In this document: positions 1 to 8,758 of the stretch, in pieces
Numbering within the stretch: the first letter of the stretch is position 1
Layout: each line of letters begins with the position of its first letter
Source of the DNA: an uncultured bacterium
GTDB lineage: Bacteria > Patescibacteriota > Saccharimonadia > UBA4664
Assembly (NCBI GenBank): GCA_963720265.1
Contig: CAVRET010000002.1
Location: 392,704 to 456,703, forward strand
Direction of reading: 5' to 3'
DNA: 64,000 bases
The notes under the pieces: generated by a model
Seen by the model: the letters and a program-made list of their open reading frames with translations, nothing else
The model's database searches: none
Told to the model about the DNA's origin: nothing
Translations under genes and position numbers: made by a program

Positions 1-48
1 AGGTTTTGGCCTGCCATAGACTAGATCCAAATAGGAGGCCGTACGGCT

Positions 49-1041
49 GTGCCAACAAAAACTGCAAAATCAAAAACAACCAGACGTAAAAGTTCGTCCG
101 GCCTGATGACCCCATCAAGGAAATCGTGGCTTATGTTACGAGGCCGATCGGCGAGGTCAATTACCACCATCGCCTTCGCCCTCCTGTTCGTCGTAGTTGG
201 CGGCTACATGCTTTACAACGCCACCCGCGCCGCCTCTCAACCTGAACTCAAGTCCGACCTAGCGGGGGGCTACTGCCTCACCGACGATAACAATGGTGGC
301 GCAGGCTCACTTGTTTCAGCCTATTTGTGTAACGGAGGAGCTGACCAGTACTTCAGCACCCGCAGCGCCGCGAACGGCCCCGAACTCGCCGTCGGCGCGG
401 GCTGCCTGGTACCCCAAGGCAGTTCCTCCACCAGACTTGGTGGCCCTGATGTCGCCATTGGCTCGTGCGGAAGCTCCACTGCCGACGCTGCTTGGGGTGG
501 TCTCTGGACGACAGGGACCTCCGGTGACGGCAATAGGTACTACAGGAACAATCGCACCGGAGAGTGTCTGCATGCTACTGCCGGTAGCTCAGTCACCGTC
601 GCCGCCTGTGACACTGGCGCTGCCAGCATGCAGTGGATTCCCTCTACCTACAGTAGTAGTGGCACGCCACCACCAACGCCAGGTACTAGCACGGGCTGCT
701 ATGGCAAGACGCTGGCGTTGGGTGCAAGCGGATCATGCGTGACGGATGCTCAGATAATAGTTGCATTCGCAGCTCCGGGCCAATCCATGGTGGTTAACGG
801 TAGCTTCGGCACCCCGACCCAGTCCGCTGTTGAGCTATTCCAAAAAATAGCCGTATCGGGCAACGGCGTGACAGTGGGTGCCATTCCTGTGACTGGCAAG
901 ATCGATACCGCTACATGGGGCAAGCTATGCACCGTCGGTACGGTGATAGCAACATCAACTGCGAGGATAGAATCGCCACCACTCACGGGACCGTATTATA
1001 ACGTTCGTGACGCGGCCATAAACGCCGGCTGCCCAAACTAG
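49..1041 (+). CDS. Secreted/membrane-anchored protein with ricin-B-like (QxW) lectin region and C-terminal PG_binding_1 peptidoglycan-binding domain
   Basis: N-terminal TM/signal segment (IAFALLFVVVGGYMLY). The Gly/Cys-rich region carries QxW-like motifs (AAWGGLW, MQWIP). The C-terminus GSFGTPTQSAVELFQKIAVSGNGVTVGAIPVTGKIDTATWGKL matches the PG_binding_1 consensus. AGGAGG RBS upstream. Confidence 0.55.
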   Translation: MPTKTAKSKTTRRKSSSGLMTPSRKSWLMLRGRSARSITTIAFALLFVVVGGYMLYNATRAASQPELKSDLAGGYCLTDDNNGGAGSLVSAYLCNGGADQYFSTRSAANGPELAVGAGCLVPQGSSSTRLGGPDVAIGSCGSSTADAAWGGLWTTGTSGDGNRYYRNNRTGECLHATAGSSVTVAACDTGAASMQWIPSTYSSSGTPPPTPGTSTGCYGKTLALGASGSCVTDAQIIVAFAAPGQSMVVNGSFGTPTQSAVELFQKIAVSGNGVTVGAIPVTGKIDTATWGKLCTVGTVIATSTARIESPPLTGPYYNVRDAAINAGCPN

Positions 1042-1063
1042 CATAACTGTAACGAAAAAAGAC

Positions 1064-1093
1064 AAACCGCTCGCACATCACTGCGAGCGGTTT
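1064..1093. terminator. Stem-loop (aaaccgctcgca / tgcgagcggttt) downstream of the lectin gene; an A-tract precedes it and ggttt follows, so it may terminate transcripts from either strand
   Basis: 12-bp perfect inverted repeat with a 6-nt loop, read directly from the sequence. Confidence 0.4.
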
Positions 1094-1293
1094 GCGGTAC
1101 CGGCCTCCCTTTCGTGTCCGCGCCTCGCCGGTATAGTATCGAGGTCAAAACCCAAACCACGGCAGTGTGGCTCAATGGTGGCTTCGACGAGAACAGCGAC
1201 GACGGACTCATCTGGGTCCAGCCGGCCACCCTACTAGCTCCGCCCTGATACGGTTCCACTGAGATCCGACTAGGCCTACCAAGAAATCATCCA

Positions 1294-1317
1294 AGAGCCA
1301 ACACGGCTCTTTTTTCT
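1294..1317 (+). terminator. Rho-independent terminator (agagcc-aacac-ggctct followed by TTTTTTCTTCT)
   Basis: GC stem plus a U-tract on the + strand. Confidence 0.55.
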
Positions 1318-1403
1318 TCTCCAAAATTAATGGTATAACTACCTAGTTATCGAGGCTACTCGACAACGTCCATCCACATCGGGCCAATGGTTAGAGGTGA
1401 GCC

Positions 1404-2012
1404 ATGCTAGACGAACCCACGATGTACGCGCTGGTAGAAAACACTCCACAGGCTGCGGAACTATATGAACGCCGTGCTTTCCCACACGGAAGCTATCGGA
1501 ACAAGGTTGGCACTATATTCGTCCCAATCGGAGCATCTACGGGCCTCTATGAGATCCCCGAGGTAATACAGTCGCTGCAACCCAAGACGACGTTCAAGCT
1601 GAAGCTCCAGGAGCGAGGAGAGAGTGGTGCCTGGGTGTCTGTCGTGACGGGGTGGGCGGCCACGCCGCTCAGGCCGATCAAAGCCACCGCACGACCATGT
1701 GCCGGTGATTGGCACATTGGAGGCAATTTTATCGGTGACCAAATCGGCCGTGTCGCGGTCGAGTGGGACACACGCCGTTTCGCCGTTCAGGCCGAACGCT
1801 GGCGCCTAGCTCAAACGGAAACCGCTCAAGTGTCCCTGGTGCGCCAGCAGCGAGCGATCATAGGAGGTAGCACCTTCGACGATCGATCATTGCCCGTCCA
1901 ACCCCGACTCCCTGGACATCTCTCTGAGCTGTCGCCAGCCCTCGCGGCACTCTGGGAGCGAATGCACTGTCCAGGGTGCAATAATCTGCACTACTGGATG
2001 GCGAGAAGGTGA
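1404..2012 (+). CDS. Hypothetical protein
   Basis: 202-aa ORF with a balanced composition; no recognisable motif. Confidence 0.45.
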   Translation: MLDEPTMYALVENTPQAAELYERRAFPHGSYRNKVGTIFVPIGASTGLYEIPEVIQSLQPKTTFKLKLQERGESGAWVSVVTGWAATPLRPIKATARPCAGDWHIGGNFIGDQIGRVAVEWDTRRFAVQAERWRLAQTETAQVSLVRQQRAIIGGSTFDDRSLPVQPRLPGHLSELSPALAALWERMHCPGCNNLHYWMARR

Positions 2013-2037
2013 GCTCCCGCATTATGCGGGAGCTCAC
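2010..2037 (+). terminator. 13-bp perfect hairpin overlapping the stop codon of the 1404-2012 ORF; no U-tract follows
   Basis: gtgagctcccgca-tta-tgcgggagctcac. Confidence 0.35.
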
Positions 2038-2115
2038 CGCTCCAGCCCGCCCGTGCCCGCTACCAAAGGGATTATCTAGCCGCCGCTCTGGCGGTCTCTT
2101 TGTACCTAGCTTAAG

Positions 2116-3009
2116 ATGAGGGAAATGAAGCCCACCGTTTCAATCATCATGCCCGCCTTAAATCGCGGGCACATCATCGCCCAGGCCATTCAGACCGTTC
2201 TCGACCAAACCAATCCCAACTGGGAGCTCGTTGTGGTGGACGACGGCTCCACCGACGGCACGGCTGAAGTGGTGAAGCGCATCGCCGGCACCGACGCCCG
2301 CATTCACTACCATTACCAGCCCAACGCCGGCCCGGCCGCGGCCCGCAACGCCGGTATCGGGTTCGCCACCGCGCCCTGGATAGCGCACTTCGACTCCGAT
2401 GACGAGCTTAAGCCGGATTATCTTGATACGATGCTTACCCACCTGCGCCATCACCAGGAGGCTTCTTTTGCCGTCCCTGGCGGCCGCCTCATTCAGGATC
2501 TCTATCAAAACGGCCGGCACATCGCCTGCCGTGACCGCGGCCAAATCTTTCCAAATCCCCCTCACCTCCAAGACTTCTATCACCGTCGCGTGCCGTTCTA
2601 TACCATCGGCTTCATGCACGCTCGCCACTTGGCTAAGGACGGAGCTCGTTTTGACTCCACCCTACCTGGCAAAGACGACTGGGACATGCTCATGCGACTC
2701 GGCGAACTCGCTCCTGCCGGGTATACGTTTGTCTCAGGAAACTTGTTTACCTACCGCCAAACCTTTGGCTCCGACGGCCGCATTGGCGCCGGCTCCTACG
2801 CCACCCGGGCCAGCAAGCTCGAAGCCATCTGGCGCAAGCACCGGTTCGACCGGCTGATGCGCGGCCAAACTTGGTACCCGGCCGAGGTCCAGCATTGGCA
2901 AGAATTGGAGCAGCGCTTCCGTGCCGACGAAATCCCACCCGTTGAGCTTTATGACTTCCCCGAATACTGGCCAAAACCACACGAATCAATATATAATCGT
3001 CCCTTGTAA
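2116..3009 (+). CDS. Glycosyltransferase family 2
   Basis: VSIIMPALNRGHIIAQAIQTVLDQTNPNWELVVVDDGSTDGT is a classic GT2 N-terminal signature including the DxD region. Confidence 0.85.
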   Translation: MREMKPTVSIIMPALNRGHIIAQAIQTVLDQTNPNWELVVVDDGSTDGTAEVVKRIAGTDARIHYHYQPNAGPAAARNAGIGFATAPWIAHFDSDDELKPDYLDTMLTHLRHHQEASFAVPGGRLIQDLYQNGRHIACRDRGQIFPNPPHLQDFYHRRVPFYTIGFMHARHLAKDGARFDSTLPGKDDWDMLMRLGELAPAGYTFVSGNLFTYRQTFGSDGRIGAGSYATRASKLEAIWRKHRFDRLMRGQTWYPAEVQHWQELEQRFRADEIPPVELYDFPEYWPKPHESIYNRPL

Positions 3010-3015
3010 GCACAT

Positions 3016-3090
<75 letters not shown>

Positions 3091-3492
3091 TAGTACTTAT
3101 GCTTATTTCCTGCTGTTATAATGTCTGGCATGGCAAAGACATCATCGATGAAGAAGATACTGGGTGAGGTGGAGTTTTTGCTTGAGCGATATTCAAAGGA
3201 ACGCCGAGCCACTACCCAGCCGTTTCTTCTCGAAGTCGTTCAACAAAAGTTTAAGGATTATCGGTATAATCCAGCAGACCTGCTAGTGCGTGAAACCCTA
3301 ATCGAGCACGTGGGCTCTCTCCCGATAGTGGCAACGGCTCTCTTCCCGTATATCGATGACCAGGATGTGGACTTGGGTAAGGCGCTTGTTATGCTTGCGA
3401 TTCACGATATCGGCGAGCTTGCCACCGGAGACGAGATTACCTTTACCAAGAAGTCAGAGTCAGCAGCAGCCGAGCAACACGAAGCTCTCAAA
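3091..3492 (+). repeat. Left copy of a ~400-bp direct repeat (intact); begins at the nucleotide after the tRNA-Met CCA and covers the 5' UTR plus codons 1-124 of the HD-domain gene
   Basis: Near-identical to 14261-14658. The first ~267 nt have one mismatch; thereafter the right copy carries several 1-nt deletions. Confidence 0.9.
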
Positions 3493-3780
3493 TTGCTGCC
3501 CAAGCAATATCATGAACTTTATCTCGACGTTGAATCTAAGTCCTCCCAGACTGCTAAATTTGCTAAGGCGATTGATAAAATCACTCCGGACATACTAGAC
3601 TACCTCACTCCGGGTAATATTACGGTGCCTCGTCTGCGTCACTTTGTTGGGATAGGGAAAGAGGAAATTGTAGACACCATCGTCAAACATAAGCGTCCTT
3701 ACATGCTCTGGAATCCGTTTATGACTGAGTTCCATGTTTACTTGATGGAGTGCCTGTCCGAAAAACTCTCGAACGATTAA
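3121..3780 (+). CDS. HD-domain phosphohydrolase (YfbR/5'-deoxynucleotidase-like)
   Basis: LAIHDIGELATGDE HD motif; 219 aa, the size of YfbR-like HD proteins. Confidence 0.65.
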   Translation: MSGMAKTSSMKKILGEVEFLLERYSKERRATTQPFLLEVVQQKFKDYRYNPADLLVRETLIEHVGSLPIVATALFPYIDDQDVDLGKALVMLAIHDIGELATGDEITFTKKSESAAAEQHEALKLLPKQYHELYLDVESKSSQTAKFAKAIDKITPDILDYLTPGNITVPRLRHFVGIGKEEIVDTIVKHKRPYMLWNPFMTEFHVYLMECLSEKLSND

Positions 3781-3789
3781 GTTGCTGAC

Positions 3790-5511
3790 CTAGTTCCATA
3801 CAATACTGGTAGTGTTGTTGGCCTCAGTACTGCTTAAGCCAGCGTACCAAGCGTGCAGTTCATCCCATACCTGGTTCCATTGAAACCCATCCAAGTCCAC
3901 CAATGTACGACTATTAGAACCGGAGCCAAATAAAAAGGCTTCCCCAAGCAACTTCGACCCTTTGGTCGATTTTTGCGTTTTAAGAGCTAGTTTTTGGGTA
4001 GCCAGTGCTTCTTTAACGTTTCGTAATGTGTTAAAAGGCTCAGCGGCCTTTCCATCGGCTTTAATCTCATCGTCCACCCGGTCAACCAATATCCGCTCGA
4101 AAATCGCCTGATTTATACGTTTGCGTATAATATCCGGTGCGACTTTGTAGGCCGAAGAGGCCTGCTTCATGAGCTCAATCGCAGCCTCTACGTGCTTCTC
4201 CAAGTCGCCAACATCCCTAGAGGCCATCTTAAGGGATGATTCGGCTTGCCGAATATCTTTGGCCAGTTGTTGCTGTTCTTGGGCTACCAAGTCGTCGGTA
4301 AGCTTGCCCGCGTAAAACAACTGCATGAGCTTATGCCGCGAGGCTGTCAGCTGTTGGATGCGTGTCGTTTGCCGCGTGACCTCTTTGTTTGCCGTCTCAC
4401 GGTCATCTTTGAGCAGCCCATGAATTGCCGCCTTAACATCCGAAGCCTCCTCCCCGGACAAATACACCCAACGATATTGCCGCTCAATGACCTGTTCTAC
4501 TTCGGCCACCGGCAAATATGGTAGGTCGCAGCTGGCATATTTCGTAGTCTTGCCGACGCAAAAGTAATACGGATACGTCTTACCGTAGGTGAAGCACAAC
4601 CGGAAGCCGCATCTCCCACAATATATTGTGCTTCTGAGGTAATGGTCGTATTTGCGTGACCTGTCCCCGGCCAGTTTTGCTTTCAGCATGTCCTGGACGC
4701 GCTGGAACAGATCTGGAGGCACGATTGGCTCATGCTTACCGTCATACGCTATCCCCCGGTATTTAAGCTTTCCGGCGTAGTACTCATTGCGCAGTAGCAC
4801 ATTGAGCCCACTCACCCCCAAACTTTTTGCCCCCGATGATTTATGCGGCCGTGCCGTTAGCCCTTTAGCATCGAGAATATCTACCAAATGCACCAGGGAG
4901 TACTGACCGGTGGCGTATTGCTCAAACGCAAACCGCACTAGCTCAGCCCGTTCGGGATCTAGCACCACGGTCTTTACCTCATGCCCTTCGACGATCTGGC
5001 GCGCGTTCACATAACCCAACGGCGCTTTATACGGCGTCCGGCCCAGCCGAGCTTTAATGGTCGCCCCTTTGATAACCTCATCGCTCAGATTATCTACATA
5101 GTATTCAGCCATATTCGCGAGCATACGCTCCATGAACTTGCCGGACGCCGAATCGTCAATGTGCTCAGACACGGATACCAGGCGCACGCCGTCCTCTAGA
5201 AGCGCATACTTCATGTTGGCATAGTCCCGTGTATTTCGGGCCAGGCGGTCGATCCGGTGAAAGATTGCCAGGTCAACATCTTTTGACTCGTGAACGAACT
5301 TCAGCATGGCTTGTAGTTCAGTTCGGTCGGCAAACTTTGCGCTTTCTCCCCGGTCCACGAACTCGCGCACCACTTCTGCTCCCAACTCCTCGGCCTTTTG
5401 GTGACAGGCTTCGCGCTGGGCCGGAATGCTGTATCCTTCCATGTCCAAGCCTTTTCGGGCTTGGTCGAGGGTTGAAACCCTTAAATATATAACGGCTTTC
5501 TTCATAGGCAC
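3790..5511 (-). CDS. Large serine recombinase (integrase)
   Basis: N-terminal resolvase catalytic domain (AVIYLRVSTLDQ...RIDRLARN), recombinase domain, Cys-containing zinc-ribbon (CGRCGFRLC...C..C) and a C-terminal coiled coil; 573 aa. Confidence 0.9.
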   Translation of the reverse strand: MPMKKAVIYLRVSTLDQARKGLDMEGYSIPAQREACHQKAEELGAEVVREFVDRGESAKFADRTELQAMLKFVHESKDVDLAIFHRIDRLARNTRDYANMKYALLEDGVRLVSVSEHIDDSASGKFMERMLANMAEYYVDNLSDEVIKGATIKARLGRTPYKAPLGYVNARQIVEGHEVKTVVLDPERAELVRFAFEQYATGQYSLVHLVDILDAKGLTARPHKSSGAKSLGVSGLNVLLRNEYYAGKLKYRGIAYDGKHEPIVPPDLFQRVQDMLKAKLAGDRSRKYDHYLRSTIYCGRCGFRLCFTYGKTYPYYFCVGKTTKYASCDLPYLPVAEVEQVIERQYRWVYLSGEEASDVKAAIHGLLKDDRETANKEVTRQTTRIQQLTASRHKLMQLFYAGKLTDDLVAQEQQQLAKDIRQAESSLKMASRDVGDLEKHVEAAIELMKQASSAYKVAPDIIRKRINQAIFERILVDRVDDEIKADGKAAEPFNTLRNVKEALATQKLALKTQKSTKGSKLLGEAFLFGSGSNSRTLVDLDGFQWNQVWDELHAWYAGLSSTEANNTTSIVWN

Positions 5512-5565
5512 GATTCTCCTGTTTAGTTCCGGAGAGGATACCAGATCTGAAGCGGATGGAAAGAG

Positions 5566-5922
5566 CTAATCCGGCCCAATCGTCTTATCTCGTGCATCAA
5601 ATAGGTAAATCTGCCGATCACCAGTAATAACGGTCGTGCCAAGCTGCCCGATTCGCAGGATGAGATCGTGGTACCGAGCACGTTTAGTCAGGTACCGGCC
5701 GCGGCTGGCAATGGCCAGGTCTATGGGTGTTTGCTCAAGATACGCCAGCATAACGTCAAGTCCTGGCCTCACTGCCGCGTCGGCCTTTACTCCGGCATCG
5801 ACAAACTCGGCCTCGATAACCGCACCGAGCTGAATAGCCATATCCTGACAAGCAATCCGTTGCTGCTCAATGGGCTCATCGTTTTTTATTGGCTGAACAC
5901 AAATATATAACCGCATGCACAA
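5566..5922 (-). CDS. Degenerate serine-recombinase (resolvase) catalytic-domain-like protein; the catalytic Ser position is not conserved
   Basis: RPGLDVMLAYLEQ..IDLAIASRGRYLTKRARYHDLILRIGQLGTTVITGD resembles resolvase core motifs. The N-terminus LYICVQP sits where IYxRVST is expected. Confidence 0.4.
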   Translation of the reverse strand: MCMRLYICVQPIKNDEPIEQQRIACQDMAIQLGAVIEAEFVDAGVKADAAVRPGLDVMLAYLEQTPIDLAIASRGRYLTKRARYHDLILRIGQLGTTVITGDRQIYLFDARDKTIGPD

Positions 5923-5982
5923 TACTAACCCTCGTTGTTGGAGGAGGAAGATACCAGAAAGTGGCTGAATTACAGAGGAACG

Positions 5983-6831
5983 TTACTTCTGGGCCAACCC
6001 CGACATCCGCTTAATGAGCAGCGCATATGTGTCCTCATGTTGTAGCAAAACCGTAAAGATCGAACCTAGGTCTTGGTATGGCGAGCGTTTGCGTACTTCT
6101 TTGCGAATATATTCTTCCATACGTTGCTCGCGGTCTTCGTCAAGCACTAAAAATACCACGCGCGGAAAGATGCCATCATAGTACTTCTGCTCCCGCCCTG
6201 TATGAAAATAGTCGCAGTACTGCTTAACTTTTTCACCAATCCGCTCTAGTCGCTCGGTTCCCATGTCGACCTCAATGAATCGGGGGAAGAGTTTGCCCTT
6301 GTCGGTGAGTACCACGAATGCGTCAGGCCGCAGTATCTGATCCTTGCCCCAAGAGAATCGTCGCCAACAATGCGGCTCAGCCACGAATTGCTTCAACGTG
6401 GGCGTCCACTCGGCATCAGATCGTTCCCGGTATGTGACGTATAGTTCGGTAACCGCCAGCCGGTGCTTAAGAAACGGTGCTTCTGGGTAGGGATCGCGCC
6501 AGTAATTAGGCTTATCCGGCATGGCAATCACCTGTCCTACTCGGTCGAGTGCGTAACAATACGGATCTGATCCACCGCCCAGGCCGCCGTTTGGTAATCG
6601 CCATCGGACAACTACTTCGAGGTCCTTTAGTTTCCGTAAGGCGATATTGCGCATCCGTACGCGAGACAAGGATGTGCCGGTAGCAAAGTGCAATCGCTCA
6701 ATCTGCTGACTGGTTGCAATTCTGACAAGTGCTAAGGCCTTGATGATATCTAGTGCCTTTGGTGACAGTTGCTGCCGAATGGTATAAACTCGGTTACCCG
6801 TGAGGCGTGAAGATTTAATCAAGATATACAC
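5983..6831 (-). CDS. Replication-relaxation (Replic_Relax) family protein
   Basis: Its N-terminal wHTH-like segment and overall 282-aa architecture resemble Replic_Relax proteins of actinobacterial integrative/plasmid elements. The assignment is by recall, not by search. Confidence 0.5.
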   Translation of the reverse strand: MYILIKSSRLTGNRVYTIRQQLSPKALDIIKALALVRIATSQQIERLHFATGTSLSRVRMRNIALRKLKDLEVVVRWRLPNGGLGGGSDPYCYALDRVGQVIAMPDKPNYWRDPYPEAPFLKHRLAVTELYVTYRERSDAEWTPTLKQFVAEPHCWRRFSWGKDQILRPDAFVVLTDKGKLFPRFIEVDMGTERLERIGEKVKQYCDYFHTGREQKYYDGIFPRVVFLVLDEDREQRMEEYIRKEVRKRSPYQDLGSIFTVLLQHEDTYALLIKRMSGLAQK

Positions 6832-7022
6832 CCTTTAGGGTTATATATAGTTGCTCCCACTATTTGACCTCGGATGCTTTTCCCAAGTCGAAACTGGCGT
6901 TCCGTCAACGAGGCGAGAGGAGGCACCATTGGAACACCTGATTGTAGCTTATTCCGCCCACCCGGAGCAGTTTCCAAATCGCTCAAGGCGACATGAGTGA
7001 TGGGTTGTTTTGTCATATTTGC

Positions 7023-7060
7023 CCCCTTTCGCAGTTGTGATGGATCACTGTAGCGATGAG
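7023..7060. repeat. Iteron-like 38-bp direct repeat, copy 1 (cccctttcgcagttgtgatggatcactgtagcgatgag) with internal IR GTGATggATCAC
   Basis: Imperfect direct repeat with 7474-7511. Confidence 0.6.
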
Positions 7061-7199
7061 GAGCGGATTAAGCAAGGGGCGCCTCCGACTCTGATTGTGG
7101 TGGTACAATTCGGGCAAGTATGGAAGTCATAGGCGCGTTGTCTAATATGTGAGGCTAAGTGGAATATACAAGGTTGTTACCCTTGGCAGAAGGTGAACT

Positions 7200-7505
7200 A
7201 TGGAAGGTTACGACAGATATACAATTTGGGGGCCAATTAACCAGCGGCGAGATGCGCAGCGAGGCAAGTATGCCGAGATAGAGCGCGCTCAAGCTGGTCT
7301 GAACAAACTTCGCACAAAGAATAGCCGCGAAATCGATCGAATAGCCCAAGAGGCTGATGCGCTGGCTGTTGAGTTTCACCGCTTGTACAACGAGGCGCAC
7401 GAAGCTTACGACAACGAAGATGGTGCCACAGACTTCCGAGTGTTGGATCGAATTGCTGAATATGCCATACGCACCCCCTTTCGCTCCGGTGATGGATCAC
7501 TGTAG
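7200..7505 (+). CDS. Hypothetical small charged/coiled-coil protein
   Basis: 101-aa ORF flanked by the iteron-like repeats. Confidence 0.35.
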   Translation: MEGYDRYTIWGPINQRRDAQRGKYAEIERAQAGLNKLRTKNSREIDRIAQEADALAVEFHRLYNEAHEAYDNEDGATDFRVLDRIAEYAIRTPFRSGDGSL

Positions 7506-7511
7506 CGGTGA
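7474..7511. repeat. Iteron-like 38-bp direct repeat, copy 2 (cccctttcgctccggtgatggatcactgtagcggtgaa)
   Basis: Matches 7023-7060 at about 31 of 38 positions, including the GTGATggATCAC palindrome. Confidence 0.6.
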
Positions 7512-7571
7512 AGTGGACATCAGGCGAGAGAGATTTACATTAGAGACAAGGACCAAAATCGACCAACCTGG

Positions 7572-7925
7572 CTATTTGCTTGCTGAAAGCGCCGCGCCGC
7601 CGTCAGAGCGAGTGCCTGGGGTGGGTAGTACATGCTGGGAGGTGAGCGTGATTGGGGCAAGCTCAGGGCTCCCGTGTGCCGCCATAGTCACTTCACCAAT
7701 AGACAATGAGAGTATCAGCGCTACAGATAAGGCGAAAATAGTGATGGCATATATACATACCAATCGTGGGAAATTAAATAGTTCAGGTACGCGGCTAGAG
7801 CGCTGGAGGTCATGTGTAGTCTCGATAATTACAATCTCTGGGTATGCCAAAGCTAATGCAATGGCCTTAACCAATTTTCGCTGGAGCGGATGCTGCTTGA
7901 GGTAAGGATAGATCGGGCTAGTCAT
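7572..7925 (-). CDS. Hypothetical membrane protein
   Basis: TM helix (LVCIYAITIFALSVALILSL); overlaps the next ORF by 8 nt. Confidence 0.35.
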   Translation of the reverse strand: MTSPIYPYLKQHPLQRKLVKAIALALAYPEIVIIETTHDLQRSSRVPELFNFPRLVCIYAITIFALSVALILSLSIGEVTMAAHGSPELAPITLTSQHVLPTPGTRSDGGAALSASK

Positions 7926-8289
7926 GGGTCTCCCTCCTTATTATCCATCCGAAAGAGTTCGTATGCATACTTAATATAAGAATCAAGCTTGCGACTAGAG
8001 AGCTCACGACTCCCGTTATAAATAACGGGACAGTACTCCAGTGCCACCACTGAACGGCCGCTTTGCCAATAATGCCAGCGATCGCGAACTTGAACAGGAT
8101 GGCGAGTATTAGAGAAAAAGCTCCCGTCAGGAAAGCCGACCATCGGAACGACAACTCGCTTCCGGCGAAAGCTTTGGTTAACTTGGCCGCCATGACAGCC
8201 AGCTCTGGCATTAGCACCAAGGCGCTCCCCACCATTGCCGGTATGATTTGGCTAATAACAGGAGAGCTCAGAAAGGCGCACGAAATCAT
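7918..8289 (-). CDS. Hypothetical multi-TM membrane protein
   Basis: Three or four predicted hydrophobic helices. Confidence 0.4.
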   Translation of the reverse strand: MISCAFLSSPVISQIIPAMVGSALVLMPELAVMAAKLTKAFAGSELSFRWSAFLTGAFSLILAILFKFAIAGIIGKAAVQWWHWSTVPLFITGVVSSLVASLILILSMHTNSFGWIIRRETHD

Positions 8290-8447
8290 ATCTGCTATTC
8301 TACGATGCGGATGTTTGCTTTGGGAAGCCTAGCCCCTACGCGTTCCCTCCCTCACGTATGCCGGTTTATCAAATCCTGGGCAAGGATGCACTGGTTAAGG
8401 CCACAAATTGAAATTAGCCGGTCTGTGTGACCGGCTAAAGTGCACTG

Positions 8448-8699
8448 TTATTTTGCTGCCATGTGTTTCCACCAATCAATGCTCGTTATATTGGGCAATT
8501 CTGCCCCGCGGTTAAGCGAAACAATGACGAGCTCTGGGAACCCAACGGCCACAAAAATAATTAACAGTATCAACTTAGAGACAGAGATCTGCCCATCTTG
8601 TTGTTTGTCCTTACTCATTTGGTAGCCCTCCTGTGGCGCAGTGGGCCCAGGCCCATCTCTGAGCCTTAAGTAAAGTATGAGAACATACTGTACGCACAA
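8448..8699 (-). CDS. Hypothetical small membrane protein
   Basis: Single TM (LILLIIFVAVGF). Confidence 0.25.
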   Translation of the reverse strand: MCVQYVLILYLRLRDGPGPTAPQEGYQMSKDKQQDGQISVSKLILLIIFVAVGFPELVIVSLNRGAELPNITSIDWWKHMAAK

Positions 8700-8758
8700 T
8701 ACCGTCTGCTGTCAAGGCAGATGGTCGGCCCAAATCCGGCGCCATAGGTGCGGATTGT

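Noticed and set aside
1038-1259. Minus-strand 73-aa ORF in the lectin-downstream intergenic region
   Set aside because: No RBS, odd composition, and it spans the terminator hairpin. The region is more plausibly non-coding (see the sRNA/leader finding).
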